Shown here piece by piece: positions 48,423-58,932 of a stretch of DNA of 64,000 nt (positions within the stretch are counted from its first letter, which is position 1; each line of letters starts with the position of its first letter). A program made the translations under genes and the position numbers. Origin of the DNA: an uncultured delta proteobacterium (GTDB lineage Bacteria > Myxococcota > UBA727 > VGSZ01); NCBI GenBank assembly GCA_963775425.1, contig CAVZJB010000017.1:428282-492281 (forward strand), in the 5' to 3' direction. The notes below the pieces were generated by a model. That model searched no databases. It was not told the DNA's origin and was given only the letters and a program-made list of their open reading frames with translations.

Positions 48423-49211
48423 TCACGGGTCCGTCACGCCTGTCACGAGGTCGCCGGCCACCCAACGCTGCGCCCTCGCGACCGTCCCGTCCTCGTTGTA
48501 TTCGGTCCACGGGCCGTCGCGATGACCGTGTAGAAAATTTCCTTCGGAAGACTTCTGGCCGTTGTCGTACCAGGTGGTGAACACGCCCTCGGCGTAGCCG
48601 TCCTTGAACACCCCGTCGCTCACGAGCTGACCGCCCTCGCTCCAGTGGCGCTCACGGCCCTGCGCGAGGCCGTCCTTGAAGTACGACTCGCCCTCGATCT
48701 GGCCGGACTCGTACCAGGTGACCCAGTGGCCGTCGGCGGCGCCGTTTTCGTACGCCTCCACCGCCTTCTTCTTGCCGGACGAAAACCAGTGCTGCCACGG
48801 ACCCGTGCGCACGCCGACGTCGAAGGTTCCTTCGGACTGCTTGGCACCGTTCCAGTAGTAGCGCGTCCAGTGGCCGTCCTCGACGTCGTTGTTGAAGCGC
48901 CCCTCGGCCTTCTTGTGGCCGTTGGACCAGTACTCCGTGACCGCTCCGTTCTTCTGCGCGCCGACGTACTCGGCCACGATCTCGGGGTTGCCGTTGCTGT
49001 AGCTGCGGGTGCGCGTCACGACGTTGGGCTTCATCACCTGGGCGATGACGAGCACGGTGAGGACGGGGATGCCCAAGATGAGCGCCGCCAGCGTCAGGCG
49101 CGCCTGGCGGCGCCGGCGCACGAAGGCGCGCTCCTCGGCGGCGGTCAGCTCACGGCCTCCCAGGCCGGACCCGGCGGAGAAAGAGGAGGCGGGGACGTCG
49201 GAAAAGGCCAT
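48423..49211 (-). CDS. Membrane-anchored MORN-variant repeat protein (YwqK-like)
   Basis: One TM segment, then repeated G-x-W-x-x-(W/Y)-x-x-NG-x-K-x-x-EG units. Confidence 0.85.
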   Translation of the reverse strand: MAFSDVPASSFSAGSGLGGRELTAAEERAFVRRRRQARLTLAALILGIPVLTVLVIAQVMKPNVVTRTRSYSNGNPEIVAEYVGAQKNGAVTEYWSNGHKKAEGRFNNDVEDGHWTRYYWNGAKQSEGTFDVGVRTGPWQHWFSSGKKKAVEAYENGAADGHWVTWYESGQIEGESYFKDGLAQGRERHWSEGGQLVSDGVFKDGYAEGVFTTWYDNGQKSSEGNFLHGHRDGPWTEYNEDGTVARAQRWVAGDLVTGVTDP

Positions 49212-49370
49212 AGCTCCACCCTAGCGTACGCGACCGACACCGGCGCCCCTCCGCCGGTTCCGATCCGTGCGCTCGCGCACGGAATTCGGGCGATTCGACA
49301 CGGGTTGTCCGCGGCGCTCAGCCAAACGCGCGTCCTCCGCCGTGGCACGCATCGTGGTTTCGCAGTGAGC

Positions 49371-49841
49371 ATGGACACGACCGCACGCGACCACCGCCAC
49401 CCCAAGGCCCCTCAGGTCGACGACGTCGTGCGGCACATCATGGAGCGCCACCACGCCTACGCTCAGGCCATGATCACGGTGCTGAGGCCGCAGCTCCGGC
49501 GCGCGCTGGCCACCGCCGGCAGCGGCGCCCCGCTCGTGGACGCCTCGGCCGCCTTCGACGAGCTCTCGCTCAGGCTGCTGAGCCACCAGGAGCGCGAAGA
49601 GACCGAGGTGTTCCCCGCCATCATCGACGGCAACCCCGATGCCGCCGGCCTCGTCGACGGCGCCGAGCTCGACCACCGACGGCTCTACCGTCTGCTCGAC
49701 CTGCTCAACGACGCCGTCGGGCGCTTGCCGCGTGGGGAGCACGCCGCGGTGGCCGCCGGGCTCCTGAGCCTGAGCGCGGATGTGCGCAAGCACCTCGACC
49801 TCGAAAAGGAGCAGGTGTACTCGCAAGTGCGCCGCCCGTGA
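49371..49841 (+). CDS. Hemerythrin-like domain protein (YtfE/ScdA C-domain-like)
   Basis: HIMERHH, HQEREETEVFP, DH, HLDLEKEQVY. Confidence 0.8.
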   Translation: MDTTARDHRHPKAPQVDDVVRHIMERHHAYAQAMITVLRPQLRRALATAGSGAPLVDASAAFDELSLRLLSHQEREETEVFPAIIDGNPDAAGLVDGAELDHRRLYRLLDLLNDAVGRLPRGEHAAVAAGLLSLSADVRKHLDLEKEQVYSQVRRP

Positions 49842-49851
49842 GCAGCGCTCT

Positions 49852-50278
49852 TCAGCTCCCGATGCCGAAGACCACGTCGACGTGCGAACTGATGCTCATC
49901 TGTCCTGGAGCGAACGCGCCGTCGACGAAGGCGCCGCTTCGATAGCTCTCCACCGCGTTTTTCGTCCACCTGCGGACGTGCAGGTACAGGGGCTGTCCTT
50001 GCCGGTCGGTCTCGTACTCGGGCGTGAGCCCCACCGACGTCACGCGCACGCCCGCGGCGCCGATGCCGGCGTGGGTGGCGGCGTCGATGACCGCGGCCGT
50101 CCGGGTCTGCACCGTCGCCGGACACCGACAACGACGGCGGCGCGGCCTGCGCCTGCGACGGCGTGCGCCCGGCGACAACGCCGACGACGACCGCGGCGGG
50201 GATGTTGGAGCCGAGGGCGAGCGAGAGACCGAGCGGGATCATCTTGAGCACGAGACCTCGTTGGGCATGGGTGCTCAT
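49852..50278 (-). pseudogene. Probable decayed SIMPL/DUF541-family gene
   Basis: Signal-like start and SLSVSGDG in one frame; VTSVGLTPEY and APGQMSISSHVDVVF in another; far shorter than the family norm. Confidence 0.5.
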
Positions 50279-50342
50279 CGAACGCGCCCGTTGGCGGCGC
50301 TCTTTCGACGCCCGCGTGAAGATCCCGTAAAGGCCGCGCGGG

Positions 50343-51242
50343 CTACAGCAGGTGCGCCGCGAGGAAGCCCGTGGTGCGCTCGAGGTACTGCGCGCGGTCG
50401 AAGCTCAGCCCCTGCGTGTGGCCGGCGCCCTCGAGCAGCCAGAGCTCGTCGTCGGGGCCGCGGCTCGCGGCCTTCAGGCGTTTGGCGTGCTCGACGGGGA
50501 TTCGCTGGTCCGCGGTGCCGTGCAGGAAGAAGATCGGCCGCGGCGCGATCCTGGGGACCGCGGCGATGGGCGGGATCTCGGCGAGGTCGATGCCGTCGAT
50601 GACGCGCGCGGCGACGGTGACACCCGGGGCGAAGAGCGCGCCGAAGTGCACCTTGCGGTCGAGCTCGCCGATCATGAGGTCGCGGACGTCGGCGAAGGCG
50701 CTGTCGGCGACGACGGCGCCGACCTCCGGGATGGCGGCGGTGGCCAACAGCGCGGTGCCCGCGCCGAACGACGTGCCGTGGATGCCGATATGGCCGGGCT
50801 TGAACCCGCGCTGCAGGAGGATGTCCACGGCGGCGCGCACGTCGCCGCGCTCGCGCCACCCGAGCCCGAGCTCGTCGCCGCCCGACTTCCCTTGGGCGCG
50901 CAGGTCGAACACGAGCACCGTGAAGCCCTTCTTCAGGTACTCGTGCGCGAGCGGGATGTGCGCGCCGGTCCAGTCGCAGGAGTCGAGCCCGTGCAACAAC
51001 ACCACTGCCTTGTCGCGCCCCTGTGCGTCTGCGTCGGCGGGCGGCGACAGGAGCCAGCCGTCGAGGGGCGTGTGGTCGTCGTGGCTGTGGAAGTGAAGGT
51101 GCTCGGCGCCGGGGACGTCCGGGACGGCGCACACGGAGCGCTTCGGCGTGAGCGCGACGTGGAGCACCGCGACCGAGGCTGCGGCGTACGCCACGAGCAG
51201 CGCGGCGGCGGCGGCGAGCGCGATGCGCAGGCGGCGCTTCAT
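50343..51242 (-). CDS. Exported alpha/beta hydrolase
   Basis: LLHG, FDLRAQGKS, GTSFG nucleophile elbow, HGTADQRIP, GAGH. Confidence 0.9.
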   Translation of the reverse strand: MKRRLRIALAAAAALLVAYAAASVAVLHVALTPKRSVCAVPDVPGAEHLHFHSHDDHTPLDGWLLSPPADADAQGRDKAVVLLHGLDSCDWTGAHIPLAHEYLKKGFTVLVFDLRAQGKSGGDELGLGWRERGDVRAAVDILLQRGFKPGHIGIHGTSFGAGTALLATAAIPEVGAVVADSAFADVRDLMIGELDRKVHFGALFAPGVTVAARVIDGIDLAEIPPIAAVPRIAPRPIFFLHGTADQRIPVEHAKRLKAASRGPDDELWLLEGAGHTQGLSFDRAQYLERTTGFLAAHLL

Positions 51243-51371
51243 CGGGCCAACTTTCCACGAACGCCGTGCGGGGTCTACGCCCGCCCGCCAGCATCGGGCA
51301 CATCGGCGGCTACCGCGTCGACGCCGTCGTCGACGTCGGCGGCATGGGCGGGCTCGCGGCTCCGTGACGCG

Positions 51372-52289
51372 CTACGGGTGGCTCGCCGCCATCCGCTCGA
51401 GCACGCGCGGCGCGGGGCGGAACAAGTGGGCGTGGCTCCTCGTCAACAGCCACGCGATGGCGGCGGCGTTCAACGCGTTCGACGTCGACGTCTCCCAGAA
51501 ATGCATGAAGCGCACCTCGGGAGGCATCAGCGGGTTCGGCAACAGGTGCACGTCGTTTTGCACGAGCGCGAACAGGAGCGCGACGAGGACGCCGCCCACC
51601 CACGCGGGGCCGCGCGTGGTGCGCAGCACCGCGGCGGCGCACGCCACCCACAACAGGCCGCGGAGCCACTCGAACGGGATGACCACGGGGTCGGCGGCGA
51701 ACATGCGCGAGAAGTGGGTGAAGAAGCCGACGTCGGCGCCGGCGCCGTAGAACTCGCGCAGCGCCGGGCTCTGCCACGCCACGAAGTACCCGAAGCCGAA
51801 GAAGAGGACCGGGTAGACGATGATGGAGAGCACCGCGACCTTCACCACCAGCTCCGTCGTCGACATCGGCGGCCGCACCCACGCGGGCTGCGCCGCCGCC
51901 GGCGGGCCGAACGCCAGGGCCACGGCGGGGGGCAGCAAGAGGGCGAGCGGCGCGGTCATCGAAAACAGCGCGGGGATCATCTCCGGCGACACGTTCTTCA
52001 TGAAGTACGCGGCCTCGAGCGTCGAGGTGAAGGTCTTCACGAAGTAGAAGACCGCGGCGAGGAGCACGGCGAGGCGCCAACCGGACAGGCGCGAGCGGGC
52101 CGCGATCACCGCCAGGAGGCACACGTCGAAGAGGGCGACGCCCACGAGCACGAGCCCGCTGTACGCCGACGGCGCGTCGCTGCCGCGCATCGCGTCGGTC
52201 ACGAAGAGCGCGGCGCCCGCGCTGAAGAGGACCAGATAGAGCGCCACGAGGGCGGCGATCTTGAGCACGGTGAAGACGGCGGCGCGCAT
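51372..52289 (-). CDS. Integral membrane protein with two similar halves
   Basis: About eight hydrophobic helices; ATG with GGAGG RBS. Confidence 0.7.
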   Translation of the reverse strand: MRAAVFTVLKIAALVALYLVLFSAGAALFVTDAMRGSDAPSAYSGLVLVGVALFDVCLLAVIAARSRLSGWRLAVLLAAVFYFVKTFTSTLEAAYFMKNVSPEMIPALFSMTAPLALLLPPAVALAFGPPAAAQPAWVRPPMSTTELVVKVAVLSIIVYPVLFFGFGYFVAWQSPALREFYGAGADVGFFTHFSRMFAADPVVIPFEWLRGLLWVACAAAVLRTTRGPAWVGGVLVALLFALVQNDVHLLPNPLMPPEVRFMHFWETSTSNALNAAAIAWLLTRSHAHLFRPAPRVLERMAASHP

Positions 52290-52447
52290 GAGACCTCCCG
52301 GGCCGGCGGCTCCGGCGCTGCAACCGGCGCGCCCGCACGGCGCGCCCGCTCTGCGCCGCCCGGCGCGGGTCCCGTGGGCGTGGACGCGCGCCTCGTGTTC
52401 GATCGCGCGCACGCGCCGGTCTCGCGCCGACGACGCGGCGCGCGCGC

Positions 52448-53269
52448 TCAGTCGGCGTCGACGCGCAAGAGCGCCGACGAGTCGCGCCACGCGGCTTTGT
52501 CGTGGGGCGCCGTCGGGTTGGTCCACAGCACGGGCTCGCTCTCCCGCCACACGAGGACCCCGGCGCTGCGCGTGCCGTAGCCGGCGGGGCCGAGGTCGGG
52601 CCGGTGCACGCAGGGCCAGCCCGTGCCGTGGCGCGCGAGGATGTCCTTGAGCCCGTCGACGAGCGCGGCCTCGTCGGCGCCGCCCGGGGCGCGCGCCATG
52701 AGGTCTCGCACGCCGTCGCCGACGGTGGCGACGACGGGGTCGGCGGGGTTGTCGAGGCCGAAGTTGCCGAGCACGTGGACCCCGGCCGCGACCTCCATCA
52801 CCCGGATGCCCCCGGCGGTGGCCCCGTCGTCGCGCGCGCCCCGGGCCGTGGCCACGTCGCGGGGCGCGGCCCCGTGCGGCGCGTTGTCGGCGTAGATCAT
52901 CCGCGCCCCGTCGACGGCGAGCAGGGAGAACGGCCCGTACGCGCCGCCGTCTTCACCGCCGAGGTCGCGGGCGACGCGCTCGACGTCCGGGGCCTCCAGC
53001 GCCGACACCACGAGCGCCCCGCGGGAGAGCGCGCCGCGCCGCGGCCCGCCCTCGTCGCGGCGGTTGGTCAGCCCGCACACCACCCGCGGCCCGACGCCGA
53101 ACCACGTACCGCCGGCGACGGCGTCGCGCCCCGACACGACCTCCACGGCGTTGTCCGTCGTCCACCGCGCGACGTCGAGCGCGGGCCTGTCGAGCAGCTC
53201 GTCACGGCACTGCGCGATGACCAGCGGCGCCGCGGGATGCACCTTCCACAGGAGCGCGAGCGTGCACAT
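52448..53269 (-). CDS. NRDE/TANGO2-family protein
   Basis: MC start, CRDE in place of NRDE, GRD..AGGTW, LTN, SRG.LV, YGTRS. Confidence 0.88.
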   Translation of the reverse strand: MCTLALLWKVHPAAPLVIAQCRDELLDRPALDVARWTTDNAVEVVSGRDAVAGGTWFGVGPRVVCGLTNRRDEGGPRRGALSRGALVVSALEAPDVERVARDLGGEDGGAYGPFSLLAVDGARMIYADNAPHGAAPRDVATARGARDDGATAGGIRVMEVAAGVHVLGNFGLDNPADPVVATVGDGVRDLMARAPGGADEAALVDGLKDILARHGTGWPCVHRPDLGPAGYGTRSAGVLVWRESEPVLWTNPTAPHDKAAWRDSSALLRVDAD

Positions 53270-53330
53270 GGGGGGCCCCCTCGTCCCGCCGCGCCCCCGC
53301 CCTCATGCGGCGGACGCGCGACCGCTGCGG

Positions 53331-54637
<1,307 letters not shown>

Positions 54638-54641
<4 letters not shown>

Positions 54642-55171
54642 GACGACAGCTCCTCCACGCTGACCTCGTGATTGGTGAACGTGCAGATGTCGGCCGCGAT
54701 GTGCAGCGACTTTTCGGCGACCTCCCGCGGCGGCAGCGCCGTGTTCGCGAGGAGCGCCCGCGCGGCCGCCAGCGCGTAGCCGCCGCCGGAGCCGATGGCG
54801 TGGCAATCGCCGTCGGGCTCGAGGACGTCGCCGCTGCCGGAGATGAGCAGGATGCGCTCGGTGTCCGCCACCAGCAGCAGGGCCTCGAGGCGGCGGAGGA
54901 TCTTGTCGCGCCGCCAATCCTTGGCGAGCTCCACGGCGGCGCGGGCGAGCTTGCCGCCGTGCTCCTTCAGCTTGTTCTCGAACAGCTCGAAGAGGTTCAG
55001 CGCGTCGGCGGTGGAGCCTGCGAAGCCGGCGATGATCTTCCCGTCGTGCAGCCGGCGCAGCTTGTGGGCCGTCGCCTTCACCACGGTGTTGTTCATCGAC
55101 ACCTGGCCATCACCGGCGATGACGACCGTCCCCTGGCGCTTTACGGCGACGATGGTGGTCGCGTGGAACAT
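54638..55171 (-). CDS. hslV: ATP-dependent protease peptidase subunit HslV
   Basis: [31 protein letters not shown]. Confidence 0.97.
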
Positions 55172-55245
55172 TTTTGGACTCCGGGATCAACCGCGCATAC
55201 GTTTCTGCACGTGGACGCCGATAGGTGCCACAGCGAGGTGCACGA

Positions 55246-55419
55246 GTGAAGGGAGACAAGAAGAAGCAGAGCCTCTACTTCCCTGTGGAGATGCTCGACG
55301 AGATGCAGCGTGAGGCGGACCGGCAGGAGCGCCCGTTGTCTTGGATCATGCAACAGGCCTGGAAGCTCAGCCGCGATCGGATCATGACCTATCCGGCCGT
55401 CGACGAGTTGAACGCATAG
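55246..55419 (+). CDS. TIGR04563 (MXAN_4361/4362)-family small protein
   Basis: DKKKQSLYFP.EML.E...EA.RQ.R.LSWI.QQAW; paralog of 57240-57452. Confidence 0.8.
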   Translation: MKGDKKKQSLYFPVEMLDEMQREADRQERPLSWIMQQAWKLSRDRIMTYPAVDELNA

Positions 55420-55422
55420 ACG

Positions 55423-57039
55423 TCAGTCGCACAGCCCGGCGGGCGCGGTTTCCACGACGCCGGGCGGTGCGACGGGCGCCTGCCACGCGCCGTTTTGGCG
55501 GATGAGCGTCGCGGCGGTCCACGCCTCGCCCTCCACCAGCGGCTCGGGCGCGCTCTCGAAGGTGAGCACGCCCTCTTCGAAGACCTGCACCGTGGCGAGC
55601 GTGGGCTCGCCGATGCGGTCCAGGCAGTAATGCACGACCACGCGATAGGCGCCGTCCTCGGGATCGTCCAGGCTGACAATCTCGGGGCCGTCGCCGCGCA
55701 CGTCGTCGACGTCGAGGCGCGGATCGTCGATGCGCCCGGGCGCGCCCCACTCGGGCGCGCGGTTCTTGAACGCGCAGTCGGTGCCCGTCTGGCGGCAGGT
55801 GTCCGCGTGGTCGTCGCCGAATTCCCCGCAGAAGCCGGGGTCGCAGCCGGCGGGGCACGTCCCGTAGTCGCCGAGGGCGCCGCTCGGCCGGATCAGATGC
55901 AGGTCGAGGTCGCTCTGCCCACAGCAATTCTGATCGCGCTCCGCCTGCGTCATGGCCGCGCACTGCTCCGCCGAGAAGGCGCGGCAGTCGGCGGCGCCCG
56001 ACGCCGTCCACGTGAGCACCACGGAGAGATCGCGCGGGAGGATCTCCACCTGGGCGTCGGAGAAGGCGCCGTGGTCGTCGATGGCGCGCAAGGACACGAC
56101 GTAGCGCCCGACCACGTCCGGCGTGACGCGGGTGGTGGGCGCCCCCTGCCCCACGAGCGCCGCCGTCGACGACGCCGGCCGCTCCGGCAGCGACCACACG
56201 AGCTGGAACGGGTCGCCCTCGGGGTCCGACGTCTCCGAGCCGTCGATCACCACGGCCCGGCCCACGCCGACCTTGACGACGTCCCGCCGGGTGACCTGCT
56301 CCACCGCGACGGCGATGGGCGCGAGGTTGACGGTGGCGTGCACGAGCACCGAGCCCTCGCCCTCGGTGTGGGTGACGACGAGGCGATCGCTGAGCTCTCC
56401 GGCGTCGGCGCGAGCGGCGATGTCCGCGTCCGGGAAGAGGGAGACGGTGACGGGGACGGCGTCGCCGGGGGCCACGGTGATGGGGAGGCCGCTCGCGTCG
56501 AGGACGAAGGCGCCGCCGTCGGCCAGGGAGGCGCTCTCGAGGGAGAGCACGTCGAAGCCGGTGTTCTTCAGGGAGACCACGACGGTGGCGCCGGGGCCCT
56601 CGTTGACGAGCCCCATCTCCACCGGATCGGGGTCGATGCTGAGGATCGGCGGCCCGCCCTCGCCGCTGAGCGGGACGCGCAATTCGGGGGTGTCGGGGTC
56701 GTTGGACGCGAGCACCAAATCGGCGGCGAACGCGCCCCGGGACGGCGGGGTGAAGGTGACGGTGGCGTCCTTGGCCAGGCCGGGGGCGACGTTGTCGGGG
56801 GCGTCCACCGAGAAGCCCTGATCGGGCGGGTCCACGCTGGCCGTCAGGATCAGCCGGGCCGTGCCCCGGTTGCCGACCTGGACCGCGGCGGTGGTGGGCA
56901 CGAGGACCCGGCTGCGGCTGAAGGCGACGGCGGCGGGCGCCACCGCGATGTCGGCCTCGAGCGTCCGCAGGTCTTCTCCGCAGCGACACCCGCCGACAGC
57001 GGCGACCCCGAGCACCAGGCCCAAGCGCAACGCGCGCAC
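55423..57039 (-). CDS. Surface lipoprotein with Ig-like/PKD-like domains and a Cys-rich C-terminal domain
   Basis: Lipobox VGGC, SNDPD, DGSETSDPEGD, DLDLHL, LDVDD..GDGPE. Confidence 0.75.
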   Translation of the reverse strand: MRALRLGLVLGVAAVGGCRCGEDLRTLEADIAVAPAAVAFSRSRVLVPTTAAVQVGNRGTARLILTASVDPPDQGFSVDAPDNVAPGLAKDATVTFTPPSRGAFAADLVLASNDPDTPELRVPLSGEGGPPILSIDPDPVEMGLVNEGPGATVVVSLKNTGFDVLSLESASLADGGAFVLDASGLPITVAPGDAVPVTVSLFPDADIAARADAGELSDRLVVTHTEGEGSVLVHATVNLAPIAVAVEQVTRRDVVKVGVGRAVVIDGSETSDPEGDPFQLVWSLPERPASSTAALVGQGAPTTRVTPDVVGRYVVSLRAIDDHGAFSDAQVEILPRDLSVVLTWTASGAADCRAFSAEQCAAMTQAERDQNCCGQSDLDLHLIRPSGALGDYGTCPAGCDPGFCGEFGDDHADTCRQTGTDCAFKNRAPEWGAPGRIDDPRLDVDDVRGDGPEIVSLDDPEDGAYRVVVHYCLDRIGEPTLATVQVFEEGVLTFESAPEPLVEGEAWTAATLIRQNGAWQAPVAPPGVVETAPAGLCD

Positions 57040-57239
57040 ACCGACGTGATGCCACCCGGGCCGGGCGCTGTCATCCGGCGGCGGTCATCCGGCGGGGGCA
57101 CGCTGTAGGGAGGGGGCTTGCCAGGGAGCAGGTGACTCACCTTGTCTGATGCTTGAGGTCATCTCCGGCCTTGTCTTAGTGTGCCCCACACACAGCGGCG
57201 CGGTCGTACGTCCGAAACAGGCCGCGAGAGGGAGCCCGC

Positions 57240-57452
57240 ATGGCGTCGGCTGATAAGCGCAAGCAATCGCTCTACTTCCCCGAGGAGATGCTGAAGGAGA
57301 TCCAGGACGAGGCCAACCGCCAGGATCGGTCGCTCTCGTGGATCGTGCAGCAGGCTTGGCGCATTGCCCGCGGCGAGATCAAGCGCTTCCCGTCCGTGAA
57401 CGATGTGCTGGACGCCACCGGCGAAGGCCGGGACGAACGCGAAGAGCAGTAA
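57240..57452 (+). CDS. TIGR04563 (MXAN_4361/4362)-family small protein
   Basis: DKRKQSLYFPEEMLKEIQDEANRQDRSLSWIVQQAW; GGGAG RBS. Confidence 0.88.
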   Translation: MASADKRKQSLYFPEEMLKEIQDEANRQDRSLSWIVQQAWRIARGEIKRFPSVNDVLDATGEGRDEREEQ

Positions 57453-57453
57453 T

Positions 57454-57801
57454 TTGTTCGGGCGCCTGTCGGCGCCCTCACTTGCGCGCTGCGCGCGCGG
57501 CTCGCTCCGCTCGCGGCGGCGTCGGCTCCGGAGTCGCGCGACGGCGTTTGCGGCGGGCTCGCGCGGTGATCAGCGCGCGACTCCGCGCGCCTCCGCCGCT
57601 CTTTTTTTCGGGGCTTGGCCCTCGTCCATTGTTCGGGCGCCTGTCGGCGCCCTCACTTGCGCGCTGCGCGCGCGGCTCGCTCCGCTCGCGGCGGCGTCGG
57701 CTCCGGAGTCGCGCGACGGCGTTTGCGGCGGGCTCGCGCGGTGATCAGCGCGCGACTCCGCGCGCCTCCGCCGCTCTTTTTTTCGGGGCTTGGCCCTCGT
57801 C
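57454..57801. repeat. Tandem direct repeat, two copies of 173 bp (57454-57626 and 57629-57801)
   Basis: Copies read identical by eye and are separated by CA; each has the inverted pair GGAGTCGCGCG/CGCGCGACTCC and a T7 tract. Confidence 0.92.
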
Positions 57802-57852
57802 GTCAGCGCAGGCGCCGCTCCGAGAGGCCTCGCGCCTGTCTTGGCTCGCTCT

Positions 57853-58908
57853 TCAGCGGGGGAACTTCATGTCCCCGGCGAAGTGGAAGCTCTTTTCGAT
57901 CCCGCGCACCTCGAGGGTGCCGTCGACGATGTACGGCACCGACGGGCTCTTGAGGATCGCCTTGAGGTCCTTGCCGAAGGACGCGTCGTTGATCTGCACC
58001 TCCGCGGAGTAGGCGCCGGCGGCGCTCGCGGGGACGCTGTCGTGGTCGACGATGAGCGGCCCGTTTTGCGGCTGGAGCTGCTTGTCCTTGATGGTGATCG
58101 TCCAGGCGAGCTTGTCGATCGTGACCGGGAACGGGTTCTTGTTGTCGAGCAGCAGCGTGAAAAAGCCGGTGCCGGCGGTGCCGTTGTCGACGCTCGCCAC
58201 CTGCGCCTCCTTGAGCTTCACCTCGGGGATGTGCGGCGGCGCCACCTCGCGCACGCCCGAGAGCTTCTTCTCCGTGAGCGCACCGAGCTTGAGCGTGGCC
58301 TCGACGTTGATCTTCATCGCGGCCCAGCCGAGGACGGTCTCGAGGCTCGCGGGGTCCGACGGCAGCGGGAGGTCCACGGCGATCGGCAGCTCGCTCGTGT
58401 TGAACGCGGCGGCGCGGCCCGCGCCGTGACCGCTGTAGTGCGCGCTGTCCACGGGTGCCGACGAGGCCGGCGCCTTCTCCTCGGGGACCTTCGCATCGTC
58501 GGCGTCCTTGTCGTCGCCTTCCTTGTCGTCGCCATCCTTGTCGTCGCCGTCCTTGGCGTCGTCGCCCTCGCCGTCGTCGGCGTCGTCGCCGTCGCCGGCC
58601 TCGCCGGCCTCGTCGTCGTCCCCTTCGTCGGTGGCCTCGCCGGCGATGGAGATGTCGGCGCTGCCGTCGACTGACACGTCGTCGGCGGTGCCGTTCTCCA
58701 CGGCCACGATGACGTTGAGCTTCATCTTGTCGAAGTCGGCCTGCACGACGTCGATGCGGCGGAGCACCACCTTGACCTCGCCCGTGCTCTCTTTGACCTG
58801 CGCGCCGTGGCACGCGCCGCCGGCGGCGGCGAAGGCCGCGGCGGCGACGATGAGGCGCAAGGTGGCGACGGGGGCGACGACGGCGGAGGCGTTCCTCGTT
58901 GGTTTCAT
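57853..58908 (-). CDS. Lipoprotein with two LEA_2/WHy-like domains and an acidic repeat insertion
   Basis: Lipobox GGAC; V.V.N.. and L.NKNPFPV patterns; DGDDK repeats. Confidence 0.7.
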   Translation of the reverse strand: MKPTRNASAVVAPVATLRLIVAAAAFAAAGGACHGAQVKESTGEVKVVLRRIDVVQADFDKMKLNVIVAVENGTADDVSVDGSADISIAGEATDEGDDDEAGEAGDGDDADDGEGDDAKDGDDKDGDDKEGDDKDADDAKVPEEKAPASSAPVDSAHYSGHGAGRAAAFNTSELPIAVDLPLPSDPASLETVLGWAAMKINVEATLKLGALTEKKLSGVREVAPPHIPEVKLKEAQVASVDNGTAGTGFFTLLLDNKNPFPVTIDKLAWTITIKDKQLQPQNGPLIVDHDSVPASAAGAYSAEVQINDASFGKDLKAILKSPSVPYIVDGTLEVRGIEKSFHFAGDMKFPR

Positions 58909-58932
58909 GGCGGGAGGTTATATCCTTCCCGC

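Noticed and set aside
48423-49211. Toxin-antitoxin system from the YwqK-like label
   Set aside because: No adjacent toxin gene; the protein is a membrane-anchored MORN-variant repeat.
49343-49360. Sigma-54 promoter upstream of the hemerythrin-like gene
   Set aside because: TGGCACG is present but the -12 position reads GG, not GC.
57454-57801. CRISPR array
   Set aside because: Only two long copies, no unique spacers and no cas genes.
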